Source of the DNA: Heptranchias perlo
Lineage: Eukaryota
Length of the DNA stretch: 64,000 nt
Direction of reading: 5' to 3'
Assembly: GCF_035084215.1 (NCBI RefSeq)
Contig: NW_027139242.1
Span: 372,001 to 436,000, forward strand
Part shown: positions 48,500-61,084 of the stretch, in pieces
How the letters are laid out: each line of letters starts with the position of its first letter
How positions within the stretch are numbered: the first letter of the stretch is position 1
The notes under the pieces: generated by a model
What the model was told of the DNA's origin: nothing
What the model saw: the letters and a program-made list of their open reading frames with translations, nothing else
Database searches by the model: none
Position numbers and translations under genes: made by a program

Positions 48500-51400
48500 T
48501 CGAACACCAACAGGAGGAGGCCATTCAGCCCCTCCAGCCTGTTCCACCATTCAATTAGATCATGGTTGATCTGTCTCTTAACTCCATTTACCCGTCTTTG
48601 TTCCGTAACCCCCAAAATACCCTTACCTAACAAAAATCTATCGATCGCAGTTTTGAAATTTTCAATTGACCCCCAGCCTCAACATTTTTTGGGGGAGAGA
48701 GTTCCAGATTTCCACCCCCTTTGTGTGAAGAAGTGCTTCCTGACATCACCCCTGAACGGCCGAGCTCTGATTTTAAAGTTATGCTCCCTTGTTCTGGACT
48801 CACCCACCAGAGGAAATAGTTTCTCTCTCTCTACCCTATCAAATCCTTTAATCATCTTTAACACCTCATTTTGGTCACCCCTTAATCATCTATACTCAAG
48901 CCTAGCTTTTAGTGATTTCTGTACTTCGACCCCTAATTCTCTTTGCTCACCCACAGTTCTGAGCTTCTCACCATTCAGAAAATACTCTGATCTGTCCCCA
49001 CATTGAACTCCATCTGCCACAGTTTTGCTCACTCATTTAATCTATCAATGTCCCTTTGTAACTTTTTGCTCCCATCTACACTATTTACTGTACCAGCTAA
49101 CTTAGTGTCATCAGCAAACTTGGATATACAGCTCTCTGTTCCTTCGCCTAAATCATTGATAAATATAGTGAAAAGCTGCGGCCCCAGTACAGATCCCTGG
49201 GGGACACCACTAGTCACATCCTCCCGATTGGAGTGCATACCCATTATCCCTACTCTCTGCCTCCCACCTCCCAACCAATTCCCTACCCACGTCAATAGGT
49301 TGCCTCCAATTCCATGCACTTTCATTTTTGTTAACAGTCTCTTGGGTGGAACCTTATCGAATGACTTCTGGAAGTCGATATAAACAACATCCATCCTTAT
49401 CTACCACGTCAGTGACCTCAAAAAATTCAACGAGGTTCGTTAGACAGGACTTACCCTTTACAAATCCATGCTGGCTCTCTCTGATCAGTCCGTATTTGTG
49501 CAAGTGCTCAGTCACGCATAAGAACAACAGAACATAAGAAATAGGAGCGGGAGTAGGCTGTACGGCCCCTCAAGCCTGTTCTGCCATTCAATCAGATCAT
49601 GGCTACTAGCTCAGCTCCATTTTCCTGCCCTATCCCCATATAGGAACATAGGATCAGGAGTAGGCCATTCAGCCCCTCGTTCCTGCTCCGCCATTTGATA
49701 AGATCATGGCTGATCTGTGATCTAACTCCATATACCTGCCTTTGGCCCATATCCCTTAATACCTTTGGTTGCCAAAAAGCTATCTATCTCAGATTTAAAT
49801 TTAGCAATTGAGTTAGTATCAATTGCCATTTGCGGAAATATTTCTACACACCCTTTGTGTGTAGAAATATTTTCTAATCTCGCTCCTGAAAGGTCTGGCT
49901 CTAATTTTTAGACTGTGCCCCCTACTTCTAGAATCCCCAACCAGCGGAAATAGTTTCTCTCTATCCACCCTATCCGTTCCCCTTAATATCTTATAAACTT
50001 CGATCAGATCACCCCTTAACCTTCGAAACTCCAGAGAATACAACCCCAATTTGTGTAATCTCTCCTCGTAACTTAACCCTTGAAGTCCAGGTATCATTCT
50101 AGTAAACCTACGCTGCACTCCCTCCAAAGCCAATATGTCCTTCCAAAGGTGCGGTGCCCAGAACTGCTCACAGCACTCCAGGTGCGGTCTAACCAGGGTT
50201 TTGTATAGCTGCAGCATAACTTCTGCCCCCTTGTACTCCAGTCCTCTAGATATAAAGGCCAACATTCCATTAGCCTTCTTGATTATTTTCTGCACCTGTT
50301 CACGACACTTCAATGATCTATGTACCTGAACCCCTAAGTCCCTTTGGACATCCACTGTTTTTAACTTTTTACCATTTAGAAAGTACCCTGTTCTATCCTT
50401 TTTTGATCCAAAGTGGATGACCTCACATTTGTCTACATTGAATTCTATTTGCCACAGTTTTGCCCATTCACCTAATCTATCACTATCGCTTTGTAATTTT
50501 ATGTTTTCATCTACAGTGCTTACAATGCCACCAATCTTTGTGACATCGGCAAACTTAGATATGAGACTTTCTATGCTTTCATCTAAGTCATTAATAAACA
50601 TTGTGAATAATTGAGGCCCCAAGACAGATCCCTGCGGGGCTCCACTAGTCACATCCTGCCAATGTGAGTACCTTCCCATTATCCCTACTCTCTGTCGCCT
50701 TTCGCTCAGCCAACTTCCTAACCAAGTCCGTACTTTTCCCTCGATTCCATGGGCTTCTATCCCTTGATTCTAAAAATCTATCGATCTCAGTCTTGAATAT
50801 ATAAGAACATAAGAAATAGGAGCAGATAGCACTCTGTTCCTCATAAAGGATTCAAGTAACTTCCCCACAACAGACGTTAGACCAATAGGCCTATAATTTC
50901 CTCGTTTATCTCTCCTCCCCTTCTTAAATAATGGAGTGACATTAGCAATTTTCCAATCATTGGAGATCATGACGAACACACCTACAATTTCCTCACCTCC
51001 TTTCAATACTCTGGCGTGGAAACCATCAGGTCCTGGATATTTTTTTTTGAGGAGGTAACAAGGAGGGTCGATGAGGGAAACGCATTTGATGTAATCTACA
51101 TGGATTTTAGCAAGGCTTTTGACAAGGTCCCACATGGCAGATTGGTCAGAAAAGTAAAAGCCCATGGGATCCAAGGGAAAGTGGCAAGTTTGATCCAAAA
51201 TTGGCTCAGTGGCAGGAAGCAAAGGGTAATGGTCGACAGGTGTTTTTGTGACTGGAAGGCTGTTTCCAGTGAGGTCCCGTAGGGCTCAATACTAGGTCCT
51301 TTGCTTTTTGTGGTATATATTAATGATTTAGACTTAAATGTAGGGGGCATGATTAAGAGGTTTGCGAATGATACAAAAATTGGCCGTGTGGTTGACAGTG

Positions 51401-54270
51401 AGGAGGAAAGCTGTCGACTGCAGGAAGATATCAATGGACTGGTCAGGTGGGCAGAAAAGTGGCAAATGGAATTCAATCCGGAGAAGTGTGAGGTAATGCA
51501 TTTGAGGAGGGCAAACAAGGCAAGGGAGTACACAATAAATGGGAGGATACTGAGAGGTGTAGAGGAACAGAGGGACCTTGGAGTGCATAGCCACAGATCC
51601 CTGAAGGTAGCAGGACAGGTAGATAAGGTGGTTAAGAAGGCATTTGGAATACTTTCCTTTATTAGCCAAGGCATAGAATAGAAGAACAGGGAGGTTATGC
51701 TAGAACTGTATAAAACATTAGTTAGGGCACAGCTAGAGTACTGCGTACAGTTCTGGTCACCACATTACAGGAAAGATGTGTTTGCACTCGAGAGGGTACA
51801 GAGGAGATTTACGAGGATGTTGTCAGGGCTGGAGAATTTTAGCTATGAGAAAAGATTGGATAGGCTGGGGTTGTTTACTTAGGAACAGAGGAGGTTGAGG
51901 GGTGATTTAATTGAAGTATATAAAATTATGAGGGACCTAGATAGAGTGGATAGGGAGGACCTATTTCCCTTAGCAGAGGGGTCAGTAACGAGGGGGAATA
52001 AATTTAAAGTAATTGGTCGAAGGATTCGAGGGGAGTCGAGGAGAAATGTTTTCACCCAGAGGGTGGCGTGTGGAACTCACTGCTTGAAGGGTGGGAGAGG
52101 CAGAAACCCTCAACTCATTTAAAAAGTACCTGGATGTGCACTTGAAGTGCTGTAACCTACAGGGCTACGGACCAAGTGCTGGAAAGTGGGATTAAGCAGG
52201 ATAGCTCTTTTTTAGCCGGCACGGACACGATGGGCCGAATGGCCTCCAGTGCTGTAACTTTCTATGATTTGTCTATCTTTAGTCTCATTATTTTCCCCAT
52301 TACCATTTTTTAAACTTATATTAAGTATTAACCCCTTGATTTATTTTTAGTTTTCCTCGAATTGCTGGTATTTTACCCTCATTCTCTACTGTGAAGACCG
52401 ATACAAAGTAATTATTTAGCAAGTCTGTCATTTCCCGATTTCCAATTACAATATCACCTGTGTCTGTCTTTAAGAGGCCCACATTACTCTTAGCCACCTT
52501 TGTTCTCTTAATATACTTGTGAAAACCTTTAGTCTTGTCCTTGTCCTTCACAAACTTTTTCTCATATTCCCTTTTTGCAGCTCTTACCACTTTCTTTGTA
52601 TCCCTTTGCTGTTCTTTATATCTCTCCCAGTCTGTGGAATCTCTACTGTTCTTTGCATTTGTATAAACCCTTTCTTTTAGTTTTATTCGATCTCTCACTT
52701 CCCGAGTTGACCACGGTTGTTTGATGACACAAGTAGAGCTCTTGCTCTTTATGCGTATGTACAGGTTTTATAATCTATCAAATACTTATTTGAACACCTC
52801 CCACTGTTCATCCGTAGTTTTATCTGTTAATAGTTCTGCTCAGTTAACTGTGGTCAATTTCTGCCTCATCCCTTCAAAGTCAGCCTTACCCAAATTTGAA
52901 ACCTTGGTTTGTGACTCACCCTCTCCCTCTCAAACCTAATATCAACATTGCTGCAGGAGTTCCTCAGGGCAGTGTCCTAGGCCCAACCATCTTCAGCTGC
53001 TTCATCAATGACCTTCCCTCCATCATAAGGTCAGAAATGGGGATGTTTGCTGATGATTGCAGTGTTCAGTTCCATTCGCAACCCCTCAGATAATGAAGCA
53101 GTCCGAGCCCGCATGCAGCAAGACCTGGACAACATCCAGGCTTGGGCTGATAAGTGGCAAATAACATTCGCGCCAGATAAGTGCCAGGCAATGACCATCT
53201 CCAACAAATGTAAGGAGTCTTACAACACCAGGTTATAGTCCAACTGTTGGACTATAACCTGGTGTTGTAAGACTCCTTACATTTGTCCACCCCAGTCCAT
53301 CACCGGCATCTCCACATCATCTCCAACAGAGAGAGTCTAACCACCTCCCCCTGCCATTCAACGGCATTACCATCGCCGAATCCCCCACCATCAACATCCT
53401 GGAGGTCACCATTGACCAGAAACTTAACTGGACCAGCCATATAAATACTGTGGCTACAAGAGCAGGTCAGAGGCTGGGTATTCTGCGGCGAGTGACTCAC
53501 CTTCTGACTCCCCAAAGCCTTTCCACCATCTACAAGGCACAAGTCAGGAGTGTGATGGAATACTCTCCACTTGCCTGGATGAGTGCAGCTCCAACAACAT
53601 TCAAGAAGCTCGACACCATCCAGGACAAAACAGCCCGCTTGATTGGCACCCCATCCACTACCCTAAACATTCACTCCCTTCACCACCGGCGCACAGTGGC
53701 TGCAGTGTGTACCATCCACAGGATGCACTGCAGCAACTCGCCAAGGCTTCTTCGACAGCACCTCCCAAATCTGCGACCTCTACCACCTAGAAGGACAAGG
53801 GCAGCAGGCACATGGGAACAACACCACCTGCACGTTCCCCTCCAAGTCACACACCATCCTGACTTGGAAATATATCGCCGTTCCTTCATCGTCGCTGGGT
53901 CAAAATCCTAGAACTCCCTTCCTAACAGCACTGTGGGAGAACCGTCACCACACGGACTGCAGCGGTTCAAGAAGGCGGCTCACCACCACCTTCTCAAGGG
54001 CAATTAGGGATGGGCAATAAATGCCAGCCTTGCCAGCGACGCCCACATCCCATGAACGAATAAAAAAAAAAGAACTCGATCGTATTATGGTCACTGTTAG
54101 CGATGTGTTCCCTTATTATCCTGTTAGATTATTGACTAATTCTGGCTTATTACTCAACAATAAATCTAATTTAGAATGATGGAATGATACAGGACATCGT
54201 GCCTACGTCCTCTTCTTAGTTCAAGAACATATTGTTGCAGAAAACTGTCTCTAATACATTCAATAACTTT
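48500..54270. mobile_element. Nested CR1 cluster (family C - 49642-50760; CR1+ 51040-52270) with LINE family B + 52940-54072
   Basis: Multiple RT ORFs and CR1 tails; family B ends in AATAAAAAAAAA at about 54070. Confidence 0.85.
53204..53320 (+). mobile_element. Ultra-short Penelope family 1 remnant forming a perfect hairpin
   Basis: 41-bp arms 53204-53244 and 53246-53286, Penelope tail to 53320, duplication CATCTCCAACA. Confidence 0.9.
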
Positions 54271-54564
54271 GTTACAGGAATGGCCAGCTGCCCATTGGTG
54301 CACTGACTGGGGCTGAGGACAACGGCTTCTAGACACTTGAACAGATGGTCCAATGAGCAATGTGTCCATCAGGAACGGCTGAATTTCCAGTCAGTCCACT
54401 TGAATTGACCAACCCTTTCAGCTAAGGTTTAGTTGTGAATGAATTTGTTTGGTGTGTGAGTGCTCCACCTCATGTGGTACAGGTGAGAGGGTCCATGATC
54501 AAACCCAGACCGTGCTGAGCCCAGCCGAGACTGGAACTTGTCCTCAGTGCCCTCCAGTTAGGGA

Positions 54565-54910
54565 GGCAAGAAACAAAGGTCAGCCGGGGGTGGGCGGGGC
54601 AAGAAACAAAGGTCAGCCGGGGGTGGGCGGGGCAAGAAACAAAGGTCAGCCGGGGGTGGGCGGGGCAAGAAACAAAGGTCAGCTGGGGGTGGGCGGGGCA
54701 AGAAACAAAGGTCAGCCGGGGTGGGCGGGGCATGAAACAAAGGTCAGCCGGGGTGGGCGGGGCATGAAACAAAGGTCAGCCGGGGGTGGGCGGGGCATGA
54801 AACAAAGGTCAGCCGGGGTGGGCGGGGCAAGAAACAAAGGTCAGCTGGGGGTGGGCGGGGCATGAAACAAAGGTCAGCCGGGGTGGGCGGGGCAAGAAAC
54901 AAAGGTCAGT
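54565..54910. repeat. Minisatellite of about 32-33 bp (GAAACAAAGGTCAGCCGGGGGTGGGCGGGGCAA)
   Basis: About 10 tandem copies, each with a GC box and an AGGTCA half-site. Confidence 0.93.
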
Positions 54911-55214
54911 CAGGGTTCCTGCTCGGGATCATGAGGCAGAAAATCTTGCTGGAAATAGGGCTGTGGACACGAGATGAGTGCACCCCGAGGGTGAACAGCC
55001 CACCTGCACCGGGGATGCAGTAATGTGTGGCGGCTGTCAGGATCAGTGATTGCCCAACAGACCCCATCGCCCAGCACAGATAGGGAATCAATCAATGGAC
55101 AGGATCAGTGAGGGTGCTCGCACTGAGAGCTCCTCTCCCTGGATCGCTGGGGTAGACCCTCCCGTTCTCTCCTCAGGATACCGACTCTCGATGGACCTCG
55201 TTCAACAGACACCG

Positions 55215-55587
55215 GTCCCTGCCCCACCCTGTCCCCCCACACAGCCCTGCCCCGCCCTGTCCCCCCACACAGCCCTGCCCCACCCTGTCCCCACACACAG
55301 CCCTGCCCCACCCTGTCCCCACACACGGGCCGTGTGTGTGGACAGGGTGGGGCAGGGCTGTGTGTGAGGGCGGGGCAGGGCTGTGTGTGAGGACAGGGCG
55401 GGGCAGGGCTGTGTGTGGGGACAGGGTGGGGCAGGGCTGTGTGGGGGGACAGGGCGGGGCAGGGCTGTGTGTGGGGACAGGGTGGGGCAGGGCTGTGTGG
55501 GGGGACAGGGTGGGGCAGGGCTGTGTGGGGGGACAGGGTGGGGCAGGGCTGTGTGGGGGGACAGGGTGGGGCAGGGCTGTGTGTGTG
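55215..55587. repeat. Minisatellite of about 29 bp that switches strand at about 55330
   Basis: CCCTGCCCCACCCTGTCCCCCCACACAG units followed by their reverse complement. Confidence 0.9.
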
Positions 55588-55602
55588 AGCCTGAACGGTA
55601 AA

Positions 55603-55830
55603 TCAAAAGCAAAATACTGCGGACGCTGGAAATCTGAAATAAAAACAGAAAATGCTGGAAATACTCAGCAAGTCAGGCAACGTCTGTAGAGAAAGAAACA
55701 GAGTTAATGTTTCAGGTCGATGACCTTTCGTCAGAACTGGAAAAAGTAAAGATTTAACAGTTTTTAAGCAAGTACAGAGTCGGGGAAAAGGAGGGGGGAG
55801 GAAAGAACTAAAGGGATAATGATGCAAGAA
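55603..55830 (-). mobile_element. Penelope family 2 3' end (continuation of 60565-61030)
   Basis: Matches the 3'UTR of the 27245-28310 copy. Confidence 0.78.
55702..55738 (-). ncRNA. Minimal hammerhead ribozyme motif, family 2
   Basis: AGUU-CUGACGA-A-AGGUC(AUC)GACCU-GAAA-CAUU-AACU. Confidence 0.7.
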
Positions 55831-58800
55831 AATAACATAAGAAATAGCAGCAGGAGTAGGCCACATGGCCCCTCGAGCCTGCTCCGCACGGCCCCTCGAG
55901 CCGGCTCCACCATTCAATCAGATCTTCGACCTCAACTCCACTTTCCTGCCTGATCCCCATATCCCTTGATTCCCTTAGTGTCCAAAAATCTCAGTCTTGA
56001 ATATACTCAATGACTGAGCATCCACAGCCCTCTGGGGTAGAGAATTCCAAAGATTCACAACCCTCTGAGTGAAGAAATTTTTCCTCATCTCGGTCCTAAA
56101 TGTCCGACCCCTTATCCTGAGACTATGCCTCCTAGTTCTAGACTCTCCAGCCAGGGGAAACAATCTCTCAGCATCTACCCTGTCAAGCCCCCTCAGAATC
56201 TTATTCATTTCAATGAGATCACCTCTCATTCTTCTAAACTCCAGAGAGTATAGGGCCATTCTACTCAATCTCTCCTCATAGGATAATCCTCTCATCCCAG
56301 GAATCAATCTAGTGAACCTTTGTTGCACCCCTCAAAGGCAAGTATATCCTTCCTTAGATAAGGAGACCAAAACTGTACACAGTACTCCAGGTGAGGTCTC
56401 ACCAGAGCCCCATATAATTGCAGCAAGACTTCCTTACTCTTGTACTCCAACCCCCTTGCAATAAAGGCCAACTTACCATTTGCTTTCCTAATTGCTTGCT
56501 GTACCTGCATGTTAACTTTCTGCATTTCGTGTACAAGGATACCCAAATCTCTCTGAACACCAACATTTCTTAGTCTCACCTTTTAAAAAATATTCTGCTT
56601 TTCTATTCTTCCTACGAATTGTGTCCTGTACACCCAAGTCCAAGTTATCAAAAAAAGTAATGATCCCAGTACCCTGGGGAACACCACTGTACACCTCCCT
56701 CTGGTCCAAAAAACAACCATTCACCACGACTCCCTGTTTCCTGTCACTTAGCCAATTTCATATCCATGCTGCCACTGTCCCTTTTATTCCATGGGCTTCA
56801 ACTTTGCTGACAAGCCTATTATGTGGCACTTTATCAAACGCCTTTTGAAAGTCCATATACACAACATCAACCGCGTTCCCCTCATCAACCCTCTCTGTTA
56901 CCTCATCAAAAAATTCAATCAAGTTAGTTAAACAGCTGGCTTTCCTTTATTAATCCACACTTGTCCAAGTGACTTTTAATTTTCTCCCGGATTATTGTTT
57001 CCAAAAGTTTCCCCACCGCTGAGGTTAAACTGACTGACCTATAGTTGCTGGGTTTATCCTTACACCTTTTTTGAACAAAGGTGTAACATTTGCAATTCTC
57101 CAGTCCTCTGGCACCCCCTGTATCTAAGGAGGATTAGAAGATTATGGCCAGTACCTCCGCAATTTCCACCCTTACTTCCCTCAGCAACCTAGGATGCATC
57201 TAGGAACATAGGAACAGGAGTAGGCCATTCAGCCCCTCGTGCCTGCTCCGCCATTTGATAAGATCATGGCTGATCTGTGATCTAACTCCATATACCTGCC
57301 TGTGGCCCATATCCCTTAATACCTTTGGCTGCCAAAAAGCTATCTATCTCAGATTTAAATTTAGCAATTGAGCTCGTATCAATTGCCGTTTGCGGAAGAG
57401 AGTTCCAAACTTCTACAACCCTTTGTGTGTAGAAATGTTTTCTAATCTCGCTCCTGAAAGGTCTGGCTCTAATTTTTAGACTGTGCCCCCTGCTCCTAAA
57501 ATCCCCAACCAGCGGAAATAGTTTCTCTCTATCCACCCTATCTGTTCCCCGTAATATCTTTTAAACTTTGATCAGATCACCCCTTAACCTTCTAAACTCT
57601 AGAGAATACAACCCCAATTTGTGTAATCTCTCCTCGTAACTTAACCCTTGAAGTCCGGACCGAGTGACTTATCTACTTTAAGTACAGCTAACCTAGCAAC
57701 TCCTCTTTATCAATTTTTAGCCCATCCTGTATCTCAACCGACTCCTCTTTTACTGTGACTCTGGCAGCATCTTCTTCCTTGGTAAAGACAGATGCAAAAT
57801 ACCCATTTAGTACCTCAGACAAGCCCTCTGCCTCCATGAGTAGATCTCTTTTTTGGTCCCTAATCGTATCCACCCCTCCTCTTACTACTCATTTACTGTT
57901 TACATGCCTGTAGAAGACTTTTGGATTCCCTTTTATATTTCCTGCCAGTCTATTCTCATACTCTCTCTTTGCCCCTCTTATTTCCTTTTTCACTTCCCCT
58001 CTGAACTTTCTATATTCTGCCTGGTTCTCACTTGTGTTATCAACCTGACATCTGTCATATGCCCCTTTTTCTGCTTCCTCTTACCCTCTGTCTGTTTTGT
58101 CATTCAGGGAGCTCTGGCTTTGGTTGCCCTACTTTGCCCCCTCGTGGGAATGTACCTAGACTGTACCTGAACCATCTCCTCTTTAAAGGCTGCCCATTAT
58201 TCGATTACAGTTTTGCCTGCCGATCTTTGATTCCAATTTACCCGGGCCAGATCCGTTCTCAACCCATCAAAATTGGCCCTCCTCCAATTAAGTATTTTAA
58301 CTCTAGATTGCTCCTTGTCCTTTTCCACAGCTAATCTAAACCTTATGATACCACGACCACTGTACCCTAAATGCTCCCCCACTGACACTTGCTCCACTTG
58401 ACCCACCTCATTCCCCAGAACCAGATCCAGCAATGGCTCCTTCCTCATTGGGCCGGAAACATGCTGATCAAGAAAGTTCTCTCCTTCTTTGCCCTTTACA
58501 CTATTACTGTCCCAGTCGATATTAGGATAGTTGAAGTCCCCAGTTATTACTGCTCTATAATTCTTACACCTCTGTAATTTCCCTGCAAATTTGCCCCTCT
58601 ATATCTTTCCTACCAGTTGGTGGCCTATAGGATACACCCAGTAGTGTAATGGCACATTTGTTGTTTCTTAACTCTAACCAAATAGATTCTGCCCTTGACC
58701 CCTCCAGGACATCCCCCCTCTCCAGTACTGCAATATTCTCCTTAATCAATACTGCAACCCCCCTTCCTTTTTTTCCTTCCCTATCTTTCCTGAACACCTT

Positions 58801-59102
58801 GTATCCAGGAATATTTAGTACCCAATCCTGCCCTTTTTTGAGCCAGGTCCCTGCTATCATCACAACATCATATTCCCATGTGGCTATTTGCACCTGCAGC
58901 TCACCAACCTTATTTACCACGCTTTGTACGTTTACACACACGCACTGTAAACCTATCTTCGACCTTCTCGTACTCTCTCTTAGTCTGATCCCACCTAATA
59001 CTGCACTATTTCTTACTCTAGTGCTATCTATCTCTCCCAATCGTTTATGCACCTTGTTTCTCCTTTCTAATGCTAATTTTAATGTAATACTATCCTTAAC
59101 TT

Positions 59103-59523
59103 AAGTTCCGCACCCATGAGGACGGCCTCAACCGGGATCTTGGGTTCATGTCACGCTACACGTAACCCCACCAGCAAAAAGGGGGAAAAAAAAGTTATGT
59201 TTTTAATATTCTCTCTATCTCTCTGCCATTTGGGTTTCTTTCTGTCTGTCTATGTAATTGACACAATGTATATCCAGTGTACTGGGACGTGCTGTTCTCC
59301 GTGACTGGCCTGTTTGAATAACAACGACACCTTTTGATTGGTGTGATGCTGTCCCAGCATAGTATAAGATATGCGATTTGAGAACCTTTCACTCATTCAC
59401 CTGACGAAGGGGATAATCTCCGAAAGCTTGTGATTTTAAAATAAAATTGTTGGACTATAACCTGGTGTTGTAAGATTCCTTACATTTGTCCACCCCAGTC
59501 CATCACCGGCATCTCCACATCAT
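59103..59523 (+). mobile_element. Penelope family 1 3' fragment (variant 3'UTR) with pLTR end and tail
   Basis: Ends GTAAGATTCCTTACATTTGTCCACCCCAGTCCATCACCGGCATCTCCACATCAT; TAACTT on both sides. Confidence 0.85.
59397..59433 (+). ncRNA. Minimal hammerhead ribozyme motif with variant stem II
   Basis: UCAC-CUGACGA-A-GGGGA(UAA)UCUCC-GAAA-GCUU-GUGA. Confidence 0.75.
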
Positions 59524-60564
59524 AACTTTTCTAGTTAGCCATGGTTGGATCACTTTTCCATTGAGTTTTTATTCTTCAAGGGAATGTACATTCACTGAGA
59601 ATTATGAATTATTTCTTTAAATGTTCGCCATCGTTTATCTACCATCATATCCTTTAATCTAATTTCCCAATCTACCTTAGCCAACTCGCCCCTCATTGTT
59701 TAAATTTAAGACCCTAGTTTTGGACTTAACTACATCACTCTTAAACTCAATGTGAAATTCTATCATATTATGGTCACTCGTCCCCAGAGGATCCTTAACT
59801 ATAAGATGACTAATTAACCCTGTCTCATTACACAATATAGATCTACAATAACCTGTTCCCTCGTTGGTTCCTCGACATATTGTTCTAGAAAACTGTCATG
59901 GATGAATTCCATGAACTCATCCTCCAAACTACTTTTGGCAATTTGGTTTCCCCAGTCTATATGAAGATTAAAGTCCGTCACGATTATTGCATTACCCTTG
60001 TTACACGCTCCTCTCATTTCCTGATTTGTACTCTGTCCAACAGTAAACTCCTGTTAGGAGGCCTATAAACAAGTGTTTTCTGCTCCGTTATTTCTTAGCT
60101 CCACCCATGCTGATCTACATCCTGATTTCCTGAGCCAAGATCCTTTCTCACTACTGTCTTCATCTCATCCTTTATGATCAGGGCTACCCCCCCCCCCCAC
60201 CTTTTCCATTTTGCCTATCTTTTCTAAAAGTCAAGTACCCTGGAATATTTAGTTCCCAACCTTGTTCATCCGACAACCACATCTCAGTGATGGCTACTCG
60301 ATCAAACCCATTTATCTCTATTTGTGTCATTAATTCATCTATTTTGTTATGAATGTTTTGTGCATTCAGATAAAGCGCCTTTAATTTTAACTTTTTATTA
60401 TTTTTCCCTGTGTGACCTTAGTCTCTAAGGTAAACTCTCTGACCCGACCCAATGGAACAGCTCCCTCTTTCCCCAGTACTGATTCCAGTACCATGTGAAT
60501 TGAAACCCCTGCTTCCCGCACCACTCTTTCAGCCTTGCATTTAAACATCTAATCTGTTTGTTCC

Positions 60565-61030
60565 TATGCCAAGGTAAGGAGGGTGGGAATGGGACAGGTT
60601 AAGAAACATAAGATCAGTCCGGAGGAGCTGTAAATGGCAACAGCAGAACCATTACCAGCTCCTGCTGTCCAAAAAAATGGATCTGAAGTTATTGAAATCA
60701 GTGTTGAGTCCGGAAGGTTGTAAAGTGCCGAATCGAAAGATGAGGTGCTGTTCCTCGAGCTTCCACCGAGCTTCATTGGAACAGCGTAAGAGGCCGAGGA
60801 CAGAGTGGGAGTGGGAAGGGGAATTAAAATGACAAGCGACCGGCAGGTCAGGGTCACGCGTGTGGACTGAGCGGAGGTGTTCAGCAAAGTGATCACCCAA
60901 TCTGTGTCTGGTCTCCCCAGTGTAGAGGAGACCGCATTGTGAGCAGCGAATACAGTATACTAAATTGAAACAAGTACAAGTAAATCGCTGTTTCACCTGG
61001 AAGGAGTGTTTGGGTCCCTGGACGGTGCAG
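60565..61030 (-). mobile_element. Penelope family 2 GIY-YIG fragment
   Basis: NLVYCIRCSQCGLLYTGETRHRLGDHFAEH...QPSGLN. Confidence 0.85.
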
Positions 61031-61084
61031 GCCTCCCATCTCTACACACGTTACTGAATCCGACTTATAAACCTTACACTCAAC

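Larger units (their letters stand above)
55835..60560 (-). mobile_element. Nested minus-strand CR1 copies including endonuclease regions
   Basis: RT fragments; EN motifs NVQSVVNKV, PGYKVFRKDR..GRGVAVLIKE, YRPP, LDLVL. Confidence 0.82.

Noticed and set aside
48447-48633. N-terminal part of the 163-aa homeobox ORF as a gene start
   Set aside because: It runs into CR1 3' tail sequence; the eh1-bearing first exon is at 63369-63669.
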